Positions 30,041-39,580 of a DNA stretch of 64,000 nucleotides are shown piece after piece. A program made the translations under genes and the position numbers. The stretch covers positions 19,625 to 83,624 of the forward strand of contig JANLFU010000010.1 of NCBI GenBank assembly GCA_024653215.1. Direction: 5' to 3'. This DNA comes from Candidatus Saccharicenans sp. (GTDB taxonomy: Bacteria; Acidobacteriota; Aminicenantia; Aminicenantales; Saccharicenantaceae). Numbering within the stretch: the stretch's first letter is position 1; each line of letters opens with the position of its first letter. The notes beneath the pieces were generated by a model. It did no database searches. It was given only the letters and a program-made list of their open reading frames with translations, and was not told the origin of the DNA.

Positions 30041-30077
30041 GTCCTGAAACTGGCCGAATCTGAGGGCAGAAACTGAA

Positions 30078-30569
30078 ATGACCAAGAGAATTGTGGTGCT
30101 TGGAGTGGGAAACATCCTGAACCGGGATGAAGGAGCGGGAGTGCAGGCCCTAAAAGAACTGGAAAAAATTCTACCCGCTGGCCTGAAGCCGAAGGTTGAG
30201 CTGGTAGATGGCGGGGTGCTGGGGATGGACCTTCTCCCCTACGTGGAACGGGCCACTCACCTGCTCGTCCTGGATGCGGCGGATTTCCAGGGCCGGCCGG
30301 GAGAAATCCGGGAGTTTCCGGGAGGGGCGCTAAAAACATTTTTCTCAGGCAAGATTTCCTGGCACCAGCTCGGCTTCCAGGAGGTGCTGGAAGTAGCCCG
30401 GGTCAGAGGGCACTATCCGGGACAGGTTCACCTGATCGGCGTTCAGCCGGGGGACATGGAAGTCGGACTGGGCTTAAGCGAAGCTCTGGAGCTTTCCGTG
30501 AAGGACATGGCCAGAAGGGCCCTGGATATACTGAAAAACTGGCTCGAAGATACTGACCATGCAGGATAA
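30078..30569 (+). CDS. Hydrogenase maturation endopeptidase (HyaD/HybD family)
   Basis: VLGVGNILNRDEGAG, VDGGV.G, VLDA and SWHQ. Confidence 0.93.
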   Translation: MTKRIVVLGVGNILNRDEGAGVQALKELEKILPAGLKPKVELVDGGVLGMDLLPYVERATHLLVLDAADFQGRPGEIREFPGGALKTFFSGKISWHQLGFQEVLEVARVRGHYPGQVHLIGVQPGDMEVGLGLSEALELSVKDMARRALDILKNWLEDTDHAG

Positions 30570-30906
30570 ATTCCGGAGGATTACCCCTCAAATAAAAATG
30601 TTAACTTGCACCATCTACAGGTCCAGGACCAAGTACAGGAAACAGAAGAGTCACCATGCGCTTCAGGTTCAAGTGGCAGCAAGAATCCTGCCTGTGCGAA
30701 GTCTTAATCAAAGGCTTCTGGCCTTTACCAGATATTCAGCTCCAGAAACCCGAACTCTGAAGCCTGGATTGAGGCATTAATAAAACAAATTTCCGAGGGA
30801 TTGATTTATAAAACTAAATAAGGCAAAAAAGGCATTAATTACCAAAATGGGGCTAATCAAAAAACAAACGATAAATCATCTTAAGGACCTGGAAAGGAAA
30901 TAAAGG

Positions 30907-32007
30907 ATGGACGGGAATCATAGGAAAAGAATAAGGGGCATCGACCTGGGGGAAGTGCCGGCCGTTAGGTCGCAGACTTGCTACCATGCTGTCGGCTACG
31001 CCTTTGGACCCAAAACTCCTGATACCATCATCCTGGTCAGCCCCGCGAGTCCCTATGTCTGTGTCGGCTTCCACCAGGAAGCGGAGAGGGAAGTTGACCT
31101 GGAATACTGCCGGCAGGCCGGGCTGCCCGTCTACCGGCGCGAAGTCGGAGGCGGCGCTGTCTATCTCGACCGGAACCAGCTTTTCGTGCAGTGGATTTTC
31201 CACCCGGAAAGCCTGCCCCTCGAGCTTGAGGATAAATTCAGGTTCTACGTTGAGCCAATTATCCTCACCTACCGGGAGCTGGGAATTGAGGCCTCTTACC
31301 GCCCGGTTAATGACATCCACGTAGCCGGAAAGAAAATCGGAGGCACGGGCGCGGCCAGGATCGGCCAGGCGGACATCCTGGTCGGAAGTTTCATGTTTGA
31401 TTTTGATAAGAAAACGATGGCCAGGGTGCTCCGGGTTTCCTCAGAAAAGATGCGTGACAAGGTCTTCCAGAGCCTGGAGCAGTATATGACCACGATGAAA
31501 GAACTGTTGCCGGAACTTCCCGCCAGAGAGATTGTTAAGAGAATTTATCTGAATAAGGTGGCAGAACTGCTGGAAGCCGAAGTAGAGGCAGGCGGAATGT
31601 GCGAGGCAGAACTTCAAGAGGCGGAAAGGCTGGACCGCCTTTTCCAGAGCGAGGACTGGATTTTCCAGAAGGGACCGCTGCGCCGGCCTTCCGTCAAGAT
31701 CCACGAAGATGTCCACGTGCGCGAGGTGGATTATAAAGCTCCGGGCGGATTGATCAGGTTGACAGCCAGGATCAGGACGGAGGGCGGAAAACCGATCCTG
31801 GATTCGGTCTGGATTTCCGGCGACTTCACCGCCATTCCCAAGGAAGGTATATTCATCCTGGAAGATAGGCTGCGGGGTATTGCCATCGAGGAAAAAAGCA
31901 TCGGTGAAGCGGTCTGCCGGGCTCTTGGAGAATCGGGGCTGCAGTGTCCCGGACTGACAGAACAGAGCTGGATTTCTGCCCTGCTCAGGCTGACCGATTC
32001 CGGGTAA
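30907..32007 (+). CDS. Lipoate:protein ligase, catalytic + accessory domain fused (Lpl(AB), sLpl(AB)-like)
   Basis: VCVGFHQ..EVD, RREVGGGAVYLD and NDIHVAGKKIGGTG; C-terminal accessory domain KAPGGLIR...ISGDF. Confidence 0.9.
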   Translation: MDGNHRKRIRGIDLGEVPAVRSQTCYHAVGYAFGPKTPDTIILVSPASPYVCVGFHQEAEREVDLEYCRQAGLPVYRREVGGGAVYLDRNQLFVQWIFHPESLPLELEDKFRFYVEPIILTYRELGIEASYRPVNDIHVAGKKIGGTGAARIGQADILVGSFMFDFDKKTMARVLRVSSEKMRDKVFQSLEQYMTTMKELLPELPAREIVKRIYLNKVAELLEAEVEAGGMCEAELQEAERLDRLFQSEDWIFQKGPLRRPSVKIHEDVHVREVDYKAPGGLIRLTARIRTEGGKPILDSVWISGDFTAIPKEGIFILEDRLRGIAIEEKSIGEAVCRALGESGLQCPGLTEQSWISALLRLTDSG

Positions 32008-32315
32008 ATTGCGGTTGGCCCCTGCCCCCGAAGCAGATAATATGCATCAAGGCGGAGCAAAAAATTATAAAGGCTCTTGGTCGCCGGATTTATTGATTAT
32101 CGAGTGGGGTTTATAGGTTTTCTTTCAGCCAAAGTATATAAAATGAATTTTTCACCGGGGAAGCCGGCAAATGACCTTCTCAAAGTCTGTATCAAAGACT
32201 TAACCGTGTTTCGTTGTATATCCGTCTGCCTGGCCGGCTCTCAACTTCCTCATAATAATAACGATACAGGAAAAAATACCCCAGGCTGCCAGGTAAATAA
32301 ATTCGGGTTTTTAAG

Positions 32316-32344
32316 TTGCCTATTATCAGGTAGCCGTCTATAAT
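32316..32344 (+). promoter_or_regulatory. Sigma70 promoter of ferritin
   Basis: TTGCCT-N17-TATAAT, 24 nt before the ATG, with RBS aggagg. Confidence 0.6.
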
Positions 32345-32368
32345 AGAAAATAAGGCAGGAGGTAAAAC

Positions 32369-32863
32369 ATGATCAGCAAAAAGATGGAAGAAGCCATCAA
32401 CAAACAGATCAACGAGGAGATGTATTCGGCCTATCTTTATCTGTCGATGGCCGGGTACTTTGCCGAGCAGAACCTGATGGGTTTCCACAACTGGCTGTAT
32501 GTTCAGTACCACGAAGAGCTGGAGCATGCCGAGAAATTCTACAAGTATCTGGTGGAACGCGGCGGGCAGGTCAGGCTGGCCGCTATCAAGGAACCCGAGC
32601 ACACCTGGAAAAACGCCAGGGATGCCTTCGAGGCGGTCCTCAAGCACGAACGGCACATTACCGGCAGGATTAACGAGCTGGTGGACATAGCCGAAGCAGA
32701 AAAGGACCGGGCTTCTTTCGCCATGCTGCAGTGGTTCGTCAACGAGCAGGTCGAAGAAGAAGCTAACGCCCAGGACATCCTGTCCAAGCTGGAGATGGTG
32801 GGCGACCACAAGCAGGGCCTGCTGATGATCGACCGGGCCCTGGCCGAACGGAAAAAAGGCTGA
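32369..32863 (+). CDS. ftnA: Non-heme ferritin
   Basis: QINEEMYSAYLY, EELEHA, HERHIT..IN and LQWFVNEQVEEE ferroxidase-centre motifs. Confidence 0.95.
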   Translation: MISKKMEEAINKQINEEMYSAYLYLSMAGYFAEQNLMGFHNWLYVQYHEELEHAEKFYKYLVERGGQVRLAAIKEPEHTWKNARDAFEAVLKHERHITGRINELVDIAEAEKDRASFAMLQWFVNEQVEEEANAQDILSKLEMVGDHKQGLLMIDRALAERKKG

Positions 32864-32870
32864 CAAAAAA

Positions 32871-32899
32871 GGGGGACACAATATCGTGTCCCCCGTTCT
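32871..32899. repeat. REP-like hairpin / bidirectional terminator GGGGGACAC-aatatc-GTGTCCCCC (copy 1)
   Basis: Perfect 9-bp stem between convergent genes, preceded by an A-tract; shares gtgtcccccgttct with 41859-41872. Confidence 0.6.
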
Positions 32900-34979
32900 A
32901 TTTTTTCCTGAGGACTATCTGCTGACTGTCACGAGCCAGGACAAAGTCAAAAAACTCTTTCAGGTGAATATACTCGTTGACCGGAAATAGATTTTTCTTG
33001 ATGGCCAGCCGCCTTTCCACGCGCAACTGACCCGGCTCATCCTGGCTACAGGCCAGGTTAAAACCGGCCCGTTCCGAATCCCTGGTCTTAGCTTCGGGAA
33101 GCGCCTCCACCTCGTAGCCATCGGGTAATTCGATTATGATTTCGTCAATCTCAGCGTACGGGTAATTGAAATAAACCGGGTATTTCCTGAAAGCGGAGCG
33201 GAAAGGATAGCGGCCCGGATTGGTCAGGGCATAGACCGGAAGCAACAGCTTGTCACCGGCTTCATGTATCACCCCGGAAACCGTGGCCTCAAACTCAGCA
33301 GCCAGTTCGGCTGATCTTTCTTTAAGCCCCGTAAGATCCTTTAGCTTAACCTTACTGCCGGCTGGTAGTTTCTTGAGCAGCTCTTCTTCCAGGATTTCCT
33401 TAAACTTCATTGCATCCTTTTCCCTGTTACCAAACTTCCTTGATAGGGCTTCCTGTCCCCTGTATTCTACCCGGATTGTGCCGGTCAGATTGCCCTGGCC
33501 ATCAGGTCGCAATTTCGCTATTTGCCTGCAGCTTGAGTCATCAGCCGAAGTCGAGGGGCTGGTGAAAAAGCTCATCCGGTCATTCTCGAAGGTCAGGGCC
33601 GTGGTCCCGGTCCTCGGCCAGTAAACCATCTCGTATGGGCAACCGGGCAACCCGGGGTCAAACGCCTGGAACCTATTTCCAATTTTTACCATGACAATTT
33701 CCGAATCTAACTGCTCCTTGAACAAGGGGATATCAGCCTTGAAAATCTTTTCGTCTCGACTGGCCACCCTGACCAGGTAGGTCTCGAAGCCCGCCGCCCG
33801 GGCCAGGGCGGCAAAGGTCCTGGCAATCTGGTTCTTATACCCATAATTCCTTTTTAGAACGTCCCTGACATCATTGTTTGGCTTGATCTTTTTCCATTCT
33901 TTTTCTGACATTGACGGGACATAATCCAGGTTCTTTATGTCCTGGACACGCTCATATAGTTTCCTCAATTTAACTTCGGGGTCAGTTGCCCCTTCGACCA
34001 GGGCCAGAACCTCTTTTTGCAGACCTTTCCCGCCAGTCATAAATTCCTCATAAATTTGTTTCCAGGAGCCGGCCGCTTTCTCCCAGTATTCATCGTTACT
34101 TCTGATGTCTGGAGGGAGATAATAAATCTTAAAAGAAATCTTTTCGGCATTTTCCGGCGGCATAAATTCTTCTCGTAAAAAGGGCGGGATATCATTTACT
34201 TCCAGTTCCAAACCTTTTTCAATCCTTTTCGGGAGGACGTTCCGAAGGTTATTGGTTACCCAGGCCATGTTGTATTTGCCGCCACTGCTAACCCCGGTAA
34301 CCGGGTCAGCTAAAAAAGTATATTTTGCTTTTTTTATATAGATGGAATCCTGTAATTCCCAGTTGACGGCAGACTGAGAGTAGAAATCATCCATCATGAT
34401 AAAAACCGCGTTAATACTGATCGACAGAACTCCATCGGTGATTATCCATAAAGGGCCCGGTTTCTCACCCGGTGACATCTCGTATTCATAATCAATTATC
34501 TGTCCAGCCGAAACACCGGGAATGGCCAGGGTCTTGATTCGGTTTTCAAACATTCCCTGCCTGGAAGCAATCTTATCCATTGTTTCCGGCACGACTTCAC
34601 GACGGCGCCCGTCAGTTTCATAAACGACAACCTTGATGTTTTTTACATCATTCAGCAGGGGAACATATGGAATTTCAAGGTTGGCATAATCTCTGCCGGC
34701 CGGGCTCAGGATTTTAATTCTCTTGAAGACCGATTTCACCTTTTTTTGATTATCATCTATTCTTTCATAATACAGGCAGACGGCCGGAGCCCCGGGGAGT
34801 TCCGGCAGGTCGCTCATGGCCAGGTCTTCAGGAGTTATTGGAGGCCTGGGCCGGGCCGGTTCCTTGGTCTGAGCGGAAAGTCCGAAATCAAGGACGGCAA
34901 TCACCAAAATCAGCAGAAGGATCATCTGGCCTAAATGATAACCCGATTTATGCTGTCGGAATGAACAGCGAATTTTCAT
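32898..34979 (-). CDS. DUF3857 + transglutaminase-like protein (catalytic Cys apparently lost)
   Basis: Signal peptide, RIKIL..AG and GQIIDYEY. The TGase-like region reads RNYGYKNQIA (no Cys) and keeps FDPG. Confidence 0.85.
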   Translation of the reverse strand: MKIRCSFRQHKSGYHLGQMILLLILVIAVLDFGLSAQTKEPARPRPPITPEDLAMSDLPELPGAPAVCLYYERIDDNQKKVKSVFKRIKILSPAGRDYANLEIPYVPLLNDVKNIKVVVYETDGRRREVVPETMDKIASRQGMFENRIKTLAIPGVSAGQIIDYEYEMSPGEKPGPLWIITDGVLSISINAVFIMMDDFYSQSAVNWELQDSIYIKKAKYTFLADPVTGVSSGGKYNMAWVTNNLRNVLPKRIEKGLELEVNDIPPFLREEFMPPENAEKISFKIYYLPPDIRSNDEYWEKAAGSWKQIYEEFMTGGKGLQKEVLALVEGATDPEVKLRKLYERVQDIKNLDYVPSMSEKEWKKIKPNNDVRDVLKRNYGYKNQIARTFAALARAAGFETYLVRVASRDEKIFKADIPLFKEQLDSEIVMVKIGNRFQAFDPGLPGCPYEMVYWPRTGTTALTFENDRMSFFTSPSTSADDSSCRQIAKLRPDGQGNLTGTIRVEYRGQEALSRKFGNREKDAMKFKEILEEELLKKLPAGSKVKLKDLTGLKERSAELAAEFEATVSGVIHEAGDKLLLPVYALTNPGRYPFRSAFRKYPVYFNYPYAEIDEIIIELPDGYEVEALPEAKTRDSERAGFNLACSQDEPGQLRVERRLAIKKNLFPVNEYIHLKEFFDFVLARDSQQIVLRKK

Positions 34980-34990
34980 TCGTGCCTCCT

Positions 34991-37072
34991 TCAGTCCGGA
35001 TTGTTGACCTTCTTGAGGAGCAACCGGCGCCGTTCTTCGCCGGAGAGCAACCTGAACATCTCCAGGATTTCATGGAATCGGTCGGGTGGCAGATAATCCT
35101 GCTTGATTTTGAATAACCGCTTCAGCCGCAGCGTCCCCCCATCGAGTTCCAGACGGCTGTAATAATCGGCAAATCCGTTACTGAGTTCAACCGGCCCCGG
35201 GAGGACTTCCACGGCGTAACCTGCCGGGAGCTTGATTTCAAACTCGTCCTGGCTGGTGCCAACCATAGATAACAGGACAGGATATTTCCGGTCGTCTTTC
35301 TGTTTTAAGATCTCATAGTCGTCAACCATGGCCAGGATATTAGGCCTGAAGCTGAAAACGTCGCCGGTCTTACTTAGGTAAGAGGCAGCCCGGAAGCTGT
35401 ACTGAAGCACAACTTCCCTGTCCGGTTCGTTAAGGTTAAGGTATTGATAATTTTCGAGGGTGAAGGACCCGACGCTCCGTGCCAGGAAATCTTCCATATC
35501 CTTCCGTCTCTCCTGCTCGTGGACATCCCGGAGCCTCAACCGGACCACTTCCGCCTGGAAGCCAGCCAGGGTTTCGGTCACATCTCCTTTAAGCGTGCCA
35601 TCAGCCGAAAGCACAAATTGTCCCCGGCGATTTAACTCCAAGCTGTCCGGGGATGAGCCAGGAAAGTGGATCAACCGGCTGTGCTCCCCGGCCACCAGCA
35701 GTCCGTTGTTTTTCTGCAGGTAGAATGGTAGCCGCCCGGGCGGGCTGTGGGGCATGGTCGGGTCGAAGATCAACAGCCGGCCCAGGCCCGGGATTGAGAC
35801 CACGGCCTCAGAACTTTCGTACAGCTTATCATCAGGCAACTTTATCCCGAGGATAACATGATTAAACCAGAACAGCGAAACCGGGGAATTCTCTTTGACC
35901 ACCTGGGGCTCAATATTGACAATGAAATAATACGAATCGATATTTAGGGAACTCAGCAGGGCGGCCAGCAGGGTGGCCTTATCCTTGCAGTCCCCGTAGC
36001 GGTTGGCCAGGATTTCCGAAGCCCGGTGAGGTTGATACCCGCCAATACCTATCTGGATGGAAACGTACCTGATTTCCTGCTGGACGAAGGCCGCCAGTTT
36101 CTCTATCCGGGCTCTATGGTCCGTCAACCCGGAAACCAGCTCGCTGGCTTTTACCCTGACACTCTCATCCGGCTGGCGCCGCTCCCTTGAGAGCTGCTCA
36201 TACCATAGTCCCATATCTTTCCAGTCGGAGAAAAAATAGCCGAACCTTGGGGCGTTTTTAGTCTTGAAACGAACCAGCAGGCGCCCAGCGATGGCTTCAT
36301 CCGGGGGTTTGAGCGGTTCATCTTTTATGGCCGGGACATCCGACAGCTTCACTGAAAATGACTTTGGTCCAATGGTCACCGAGGATTCAGGCCAGTTTAT
36401 CCAGTCCAGCCGGGGCTGGCAACCTGAAGGATACTCGGCCTGGTAGATGGCCTGAAGGACTGGAAAGCGAAGCTGAAAAATGAAGAGGTCTTCCAGCGAA
36501 AGGGGCTTGACTTCCTCTTCCCATTCATAACCGATCAGGCTGCCTCTGGTTACTTCCGACATGACCAGGAACAGTGTCTTGACATCCCAGTAAAGCGTAT
36601 CCGGCGCCAGCGAGGTGGAAATAGCCGATTTTAGGTTGTAATCCTGCTTGCTTCCGTCCGGGTTGATAACCCAGGCGTTCATCTTGCGGACCCGGGTATT
36701 AAAGGTGTTGGCCCTGACCAGAAATTTCAGTCGTTCTATGCCTTCCGACCTCAGGATCTTGATAGCCTGCCTGCCGTAGCGAACCAGGTTCCCGGAGGAG
36801 CTGTAGGTTAACTTCTGCTCATGAAGAAGGTAAATTCCCTCTGTTTCGGGCGCCAATTCAGGCAGCGGTGTTTCTGCCATCTCGGTCAGCCAGCGTGGCG
36901 GTTTGGACCCTCCGGGAGCCGCCTGGGCCTGAATACCTAAAAGTGTCACAATTAAGATAATCCCTAATAATATCTGCTGACATCCGTGGCATAAGAAACG
37001 CTTGCGAGATAATTTGGCCCGGCTTTTAAGAAGGAAATTAAGAGGGTTTATTTGACCTGGGTGTCCTTTCAT
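34991..37072 (-). CDS. DUF3857 + transglutaminase-like cysteine protease (intact triad)
   Basis: IRYVSIQIGIGG, RYGDCKDK (Cys), FNHVI (His) and FDPT (Asp). Confidence 0.88.
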   Translation of the reverse strand: MKGHPGQINPLNFLLKSRAKLSRKRFLCHGCQQILLGIILIVTLLGIQAQAAPGGSKPPRWLTEMAETPLPELAPETEGIYLLHEQKLTYSSSGNLVRYGRQAIKILRSEGIERLKFLVRANTFNTRVRKMNAWVINPDGSKQDYNLKSAISTSLAPDTLYWDVKTLFLVMSEVTRGSLIGYEWEEEVKPLSLEDLFIFQLRFPVLQAIYQAEYPSGCQPRLDWINWPESSVTIGPKSFSVKLSDVPAIKDEPLKPPDEAIAGRLLVRFKTKNAPRFGYFFSDWKDMGLWYEQLSRERRQPDESVRVKASELVSGLTDHRARIEKLAAFVQQEIRYVSIQIGIGGYQPHRASEILANRYGDCKDKATLLAALLSSLNIDSYYFIVNIEPQVVKENSPVSLFWFNHVILGIKLPDDKLYESSEAVVSIPGLGRLLIFDPTMPHSPPGRLPFYLQKNNGLLVAGEHSRLIHFPGSSPDSLELNRRGQFVLSADGTLKGDVTETLAGFQAEVVRLRLRDVHEQERRKDMEDFLARSVGSFTLENYQYLNLNEPDREVVLQYSFRAASYLSKTGDVFSFRPNILAMVDDYEILKQKDDRKYPVLLSMVGTSQDEFEIKLPAGYAVEVLPGPVELSNGFADYYSRLELDGGTLRLKRLFKIKQDYLPPDRFHEILEMFRLLSGEERRRLLLKKVNNPD

Positions 37073-37196
37073 TACTTAATACCCCGAGCTTCTGATGCAT
37101 GACATTTTTATCTTAAAAACGCGTGGTAATTGAGTCAAGAAAATTCTTTCCGAAAAGGGTAGCCAACCATGGGCACCCGGTGTCAAGAAGATTTTA

Positions 37197-37583
37197 TTAG
37201 ACTTTCACTACATTGCGCCCTGTCTTATTTTTTTTCCTGAGGGTGACTTCGGTAGCGCCCCACCCCCCGGCGGTCAGGTCGGCCTCTCTGAAGCTAAGCA
37301 CGGCCGGGTGCTTCTTTAAGACGCTGTGGACAATGGCCCTTAAGGTTCCAGTCCCCTTGCCATGTATTATCCGCAGGTCATAGATGCCCCGGTTGAGACA
37401 TTCCTCGATGTAATCACCTACCAGCTCTTTAACTTCCTTCGGTCGAAAGGTATGTAAATCCAGCACGCCGTCTATGGGCATTTCTACCGGTTCTTCCACT
37501 CCCCCGGCTCCCGGCAACTCCGCCATTTCGGCAGCCTTTCTCTTTTCTGTCTCATCTGTCTTTTCGGTCTGATATTTTTTCAC
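37197..37583 (-). CDS. Stand-alone Smr/MutS2-domain protein
   Basis: [15 protein letters not shown] and GGWGATEV. Confidence 0.9.
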   Translation of the reverse strand: MKKYQTEKTDETEKRKAAEMAELPGAGGVEEPVEMPIDGVLDLHTFRPKEVKELVGDYIEECLNRGIYDLRIIHGKGTGTLRAIVHSVLKKHPAVLSFREADLTAGGWGATEVTLRKKNKTGRNVVKV

Positions 37584-37840
37584 GGCATTTCACCATTCAA
37601 CTTATTATTTATCCTTTCCACCCTTGATTTCAAATCTGAAATCTTGACCTCTCTGCTGTAGATAGAGGGCGAGCGGACTGTACGCAGTCCTCTAAGAACT
37701 ATTTACTAACCGGATTCCAATTTCAACCAAGGGAACCATGGCCGGAACCCGGGCCATCCCGACCGGACCTTTATCATAACTTCCAGGTTATTCGAACCAA
37801 ATTAAAAAAACAGGGCCGAGGCACTAATACAATTACCGAT

Positions 37841-37869
37841 TTGACTTTTCATACCCGGCTACCTAAATT
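37841..37869 (+). promoter_or_regulatory. Putative sigma70 promoter
   Basis: TTGACT-N17-TAAATT upstream of the 37911 lipoprotein. Confidence 0.45.
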
Positions 37870-37910
37870 TTATCTTGAAGGTAAGGCCGGGCAGGTAAAG
37901 AGATTATAGG

Positions 37911-38438
37911 ATGAGGCACTGTAATCAATTGAGGGCAAGATATGGTCTTGTCTGCTTTTTGTTCATTTCTCTTCTTCTGGGAATGAGCTGTTCATCCCCT
38001 TCCGGGACGCCTTACGGACAATTGGTAAGGCACTCCGGTTGCAAGAGCTTCCTGGCCGTCCAGGGCAGCACTCTAACCCCGAGCCATTCCTCCAGCGAAG
38101 AATGCCTGGAATATACCTATGACGGCCAGGGACACCTGACCCTGCGGCATATCAATGCCGGCTTCAACTGCTGCCCGGGAACCATTTCCGCCGCCATCGT
38201 TATCCTGGCCGGAGAAATCATCATTAAAGAAAAAGAAGAGTCTTCATTGTGCGATTGTAATTGCCTTTTTGATGTCGATTATGAGTTCATGAACATCAAA
38301 CCCGGCCTCTACCGGATTTCAGTTAAAGGACCATATCAACCTCCGGACGAGCCTCCGCTGGAATTTGTGGTTGCCCTGAAAGGTCCGGTCTCAGGGACGT
38401 TCTGCGTCCCCCGGAAAAAGTACCCCTGGGGATCGTAA
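37911..38438 (+). CDS. Cys-rich hypothetical lipoprotein
   Basis: Lipobox GMSC, SGCK, HINAGFNCCP and LCDCNC. Confidence 0.75.
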   Translation: MRHCNQLRARYGLVCFLFISLLLGMSCSSPSGTPYGQLVRHSGCKSFLAVQGSTLTPSHSSSEECLEYTYDGQGHLTLRHINAGFNCCPGTISAAIVILAGEIIIKEKEESSLCDCNCLFDVDYEFMNIKPGLYRISVKGPYQPPDEPPLEFVVALKGPVSGTFCVPRKKYPWGS

Positions 38439-38507
38439 AAAATTTAAGCCTGTCCCTCAACCGAGTCTTAGTCTTAAAGCGAAATTGAAGATTCTCTTCA
38501 AGACTTA

Positions 38508-39296
38508 TCAGCCGGAGGCCCGGCGCAGCATCTCGGCATATTCCACGGGCAGCCCGCTCTGTTCCACGGCCCGGGCCATGGCTTCTACCTCGTAAGGCAC
38601 CCGCATGATTTCATATTTTATGCCCTCGTCCTGAAAATCTAACAGGGCATATCCAGCCCGCGGGTCTCCGTCCTTGGGCTTGCCCACGCTTCCGGTGTTC
38701 ACCAGAATATAGCGGCCGCCTGGCTTTCTTCTGGTGACCTGCCGGCCGTCAGTGTCGGCGACTGTCTCCAGGCCCTCCTCGACCATCAGGTCATGAACAT
38801 AAGGCAGATGGGTATGGCCGCAGGTGATGATGTCCACCTTCTCCGCTTCAAACATTCTGATTATGGAAGCGGTCGGGCGGTCCTCGAACAGATACTCATT
38901 GATCCTGCGTGGACTTCCGTGAACCATTAAAATCTTTTTTCCATCTATGGTCAGGCTGATTCTCTCGGGAAGATGCCGCAGGTAAGACTTGTTTTCGGAG
39001 GTGACCCTGTCTCTGGTCCAGGCTATCGAACGCTTGCCCAGCGCCCTGGATAACTCGTCCCGGTAGGCGCAGCCGCAGTCGTCCGAGTCATTTCCGATAC
39101 CCTGGTCGTAATTGCCCATGATGGTGGGAATATGATTTTCCCTGATTAGAGAAATTACCTCGTTGGGAAAGGCCCCGTAGCCGACCAGGTCTCCCCCGCA
39201 AAAGACCATGTCCACCCCGCGACTCTGGATATCGGCCAGCACTGCCCGCAGGGCCAGAAGGTTCCCATGGATGTCTGAAAATATGGCTATTTTCAT
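38508..39296 (-). CDS. Calcineurin-like metallophosphoesterase
   Basis: SDIHGN, GDLVGYG, GNYD, HGSP, GHTH and NTGSVGKPKDGD. Confidence 0.92.
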   Translation of the reverse strand: MKIAIFSDIHGNLLALRAVLADIQSRGVDMVFCGGDLVGYGAFPNEVISLIRENHIPTIMGNYDQGIGNDSDDCGCAYRDELSRALGKRSIAWTRDRVTSENKSYLRHLPERISLTIDGKKILMVHGSPRRINEYLFEDRPTASIIRMFEAEKVDIITCGHTHLPYVHDLMVEEGLETVADTDGRQVTRRKPGGRYILVNTGSVGKPKDGDPRAGYALLDFQDEGIKYEIMRVPYEVEAMARAVEQSGLPVEYAEMLRRASG

Positions 39297-39580
39297 TTAT
39301 TTCCCTCCAGCCTGACCAAAATCATCATACCAGGAATAAAGCCCAAATCTAAAAACTCTGATAAATTTTTCCTGAAAGACAATGGTTAATAATCAGGAGA
39401 ACCATAATTCTGGCTGAATTAAATAAACAACTGCCAGGCCATCTGCATTCGGGTTCCCGAAAAAGAAATTCATCGTGATTCATCATCACTTTATATTTTA
39501 CCCCCTGATTAAAGCGGACGCTTTCGCTTAACAGAAATTTAACTTAAAAAATGATCCGGGGAAGCCCTGAACCTGAAATC

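Noticed and set aside
29450-30076. 208-aa ORF bridging hynL and the protease (or a 95-aa version from ATG 29789)
   Set aside because: It overlaps hynL out of frame, has no recognisable motif and spans the operator palindrome, so it is treated as intergenic.
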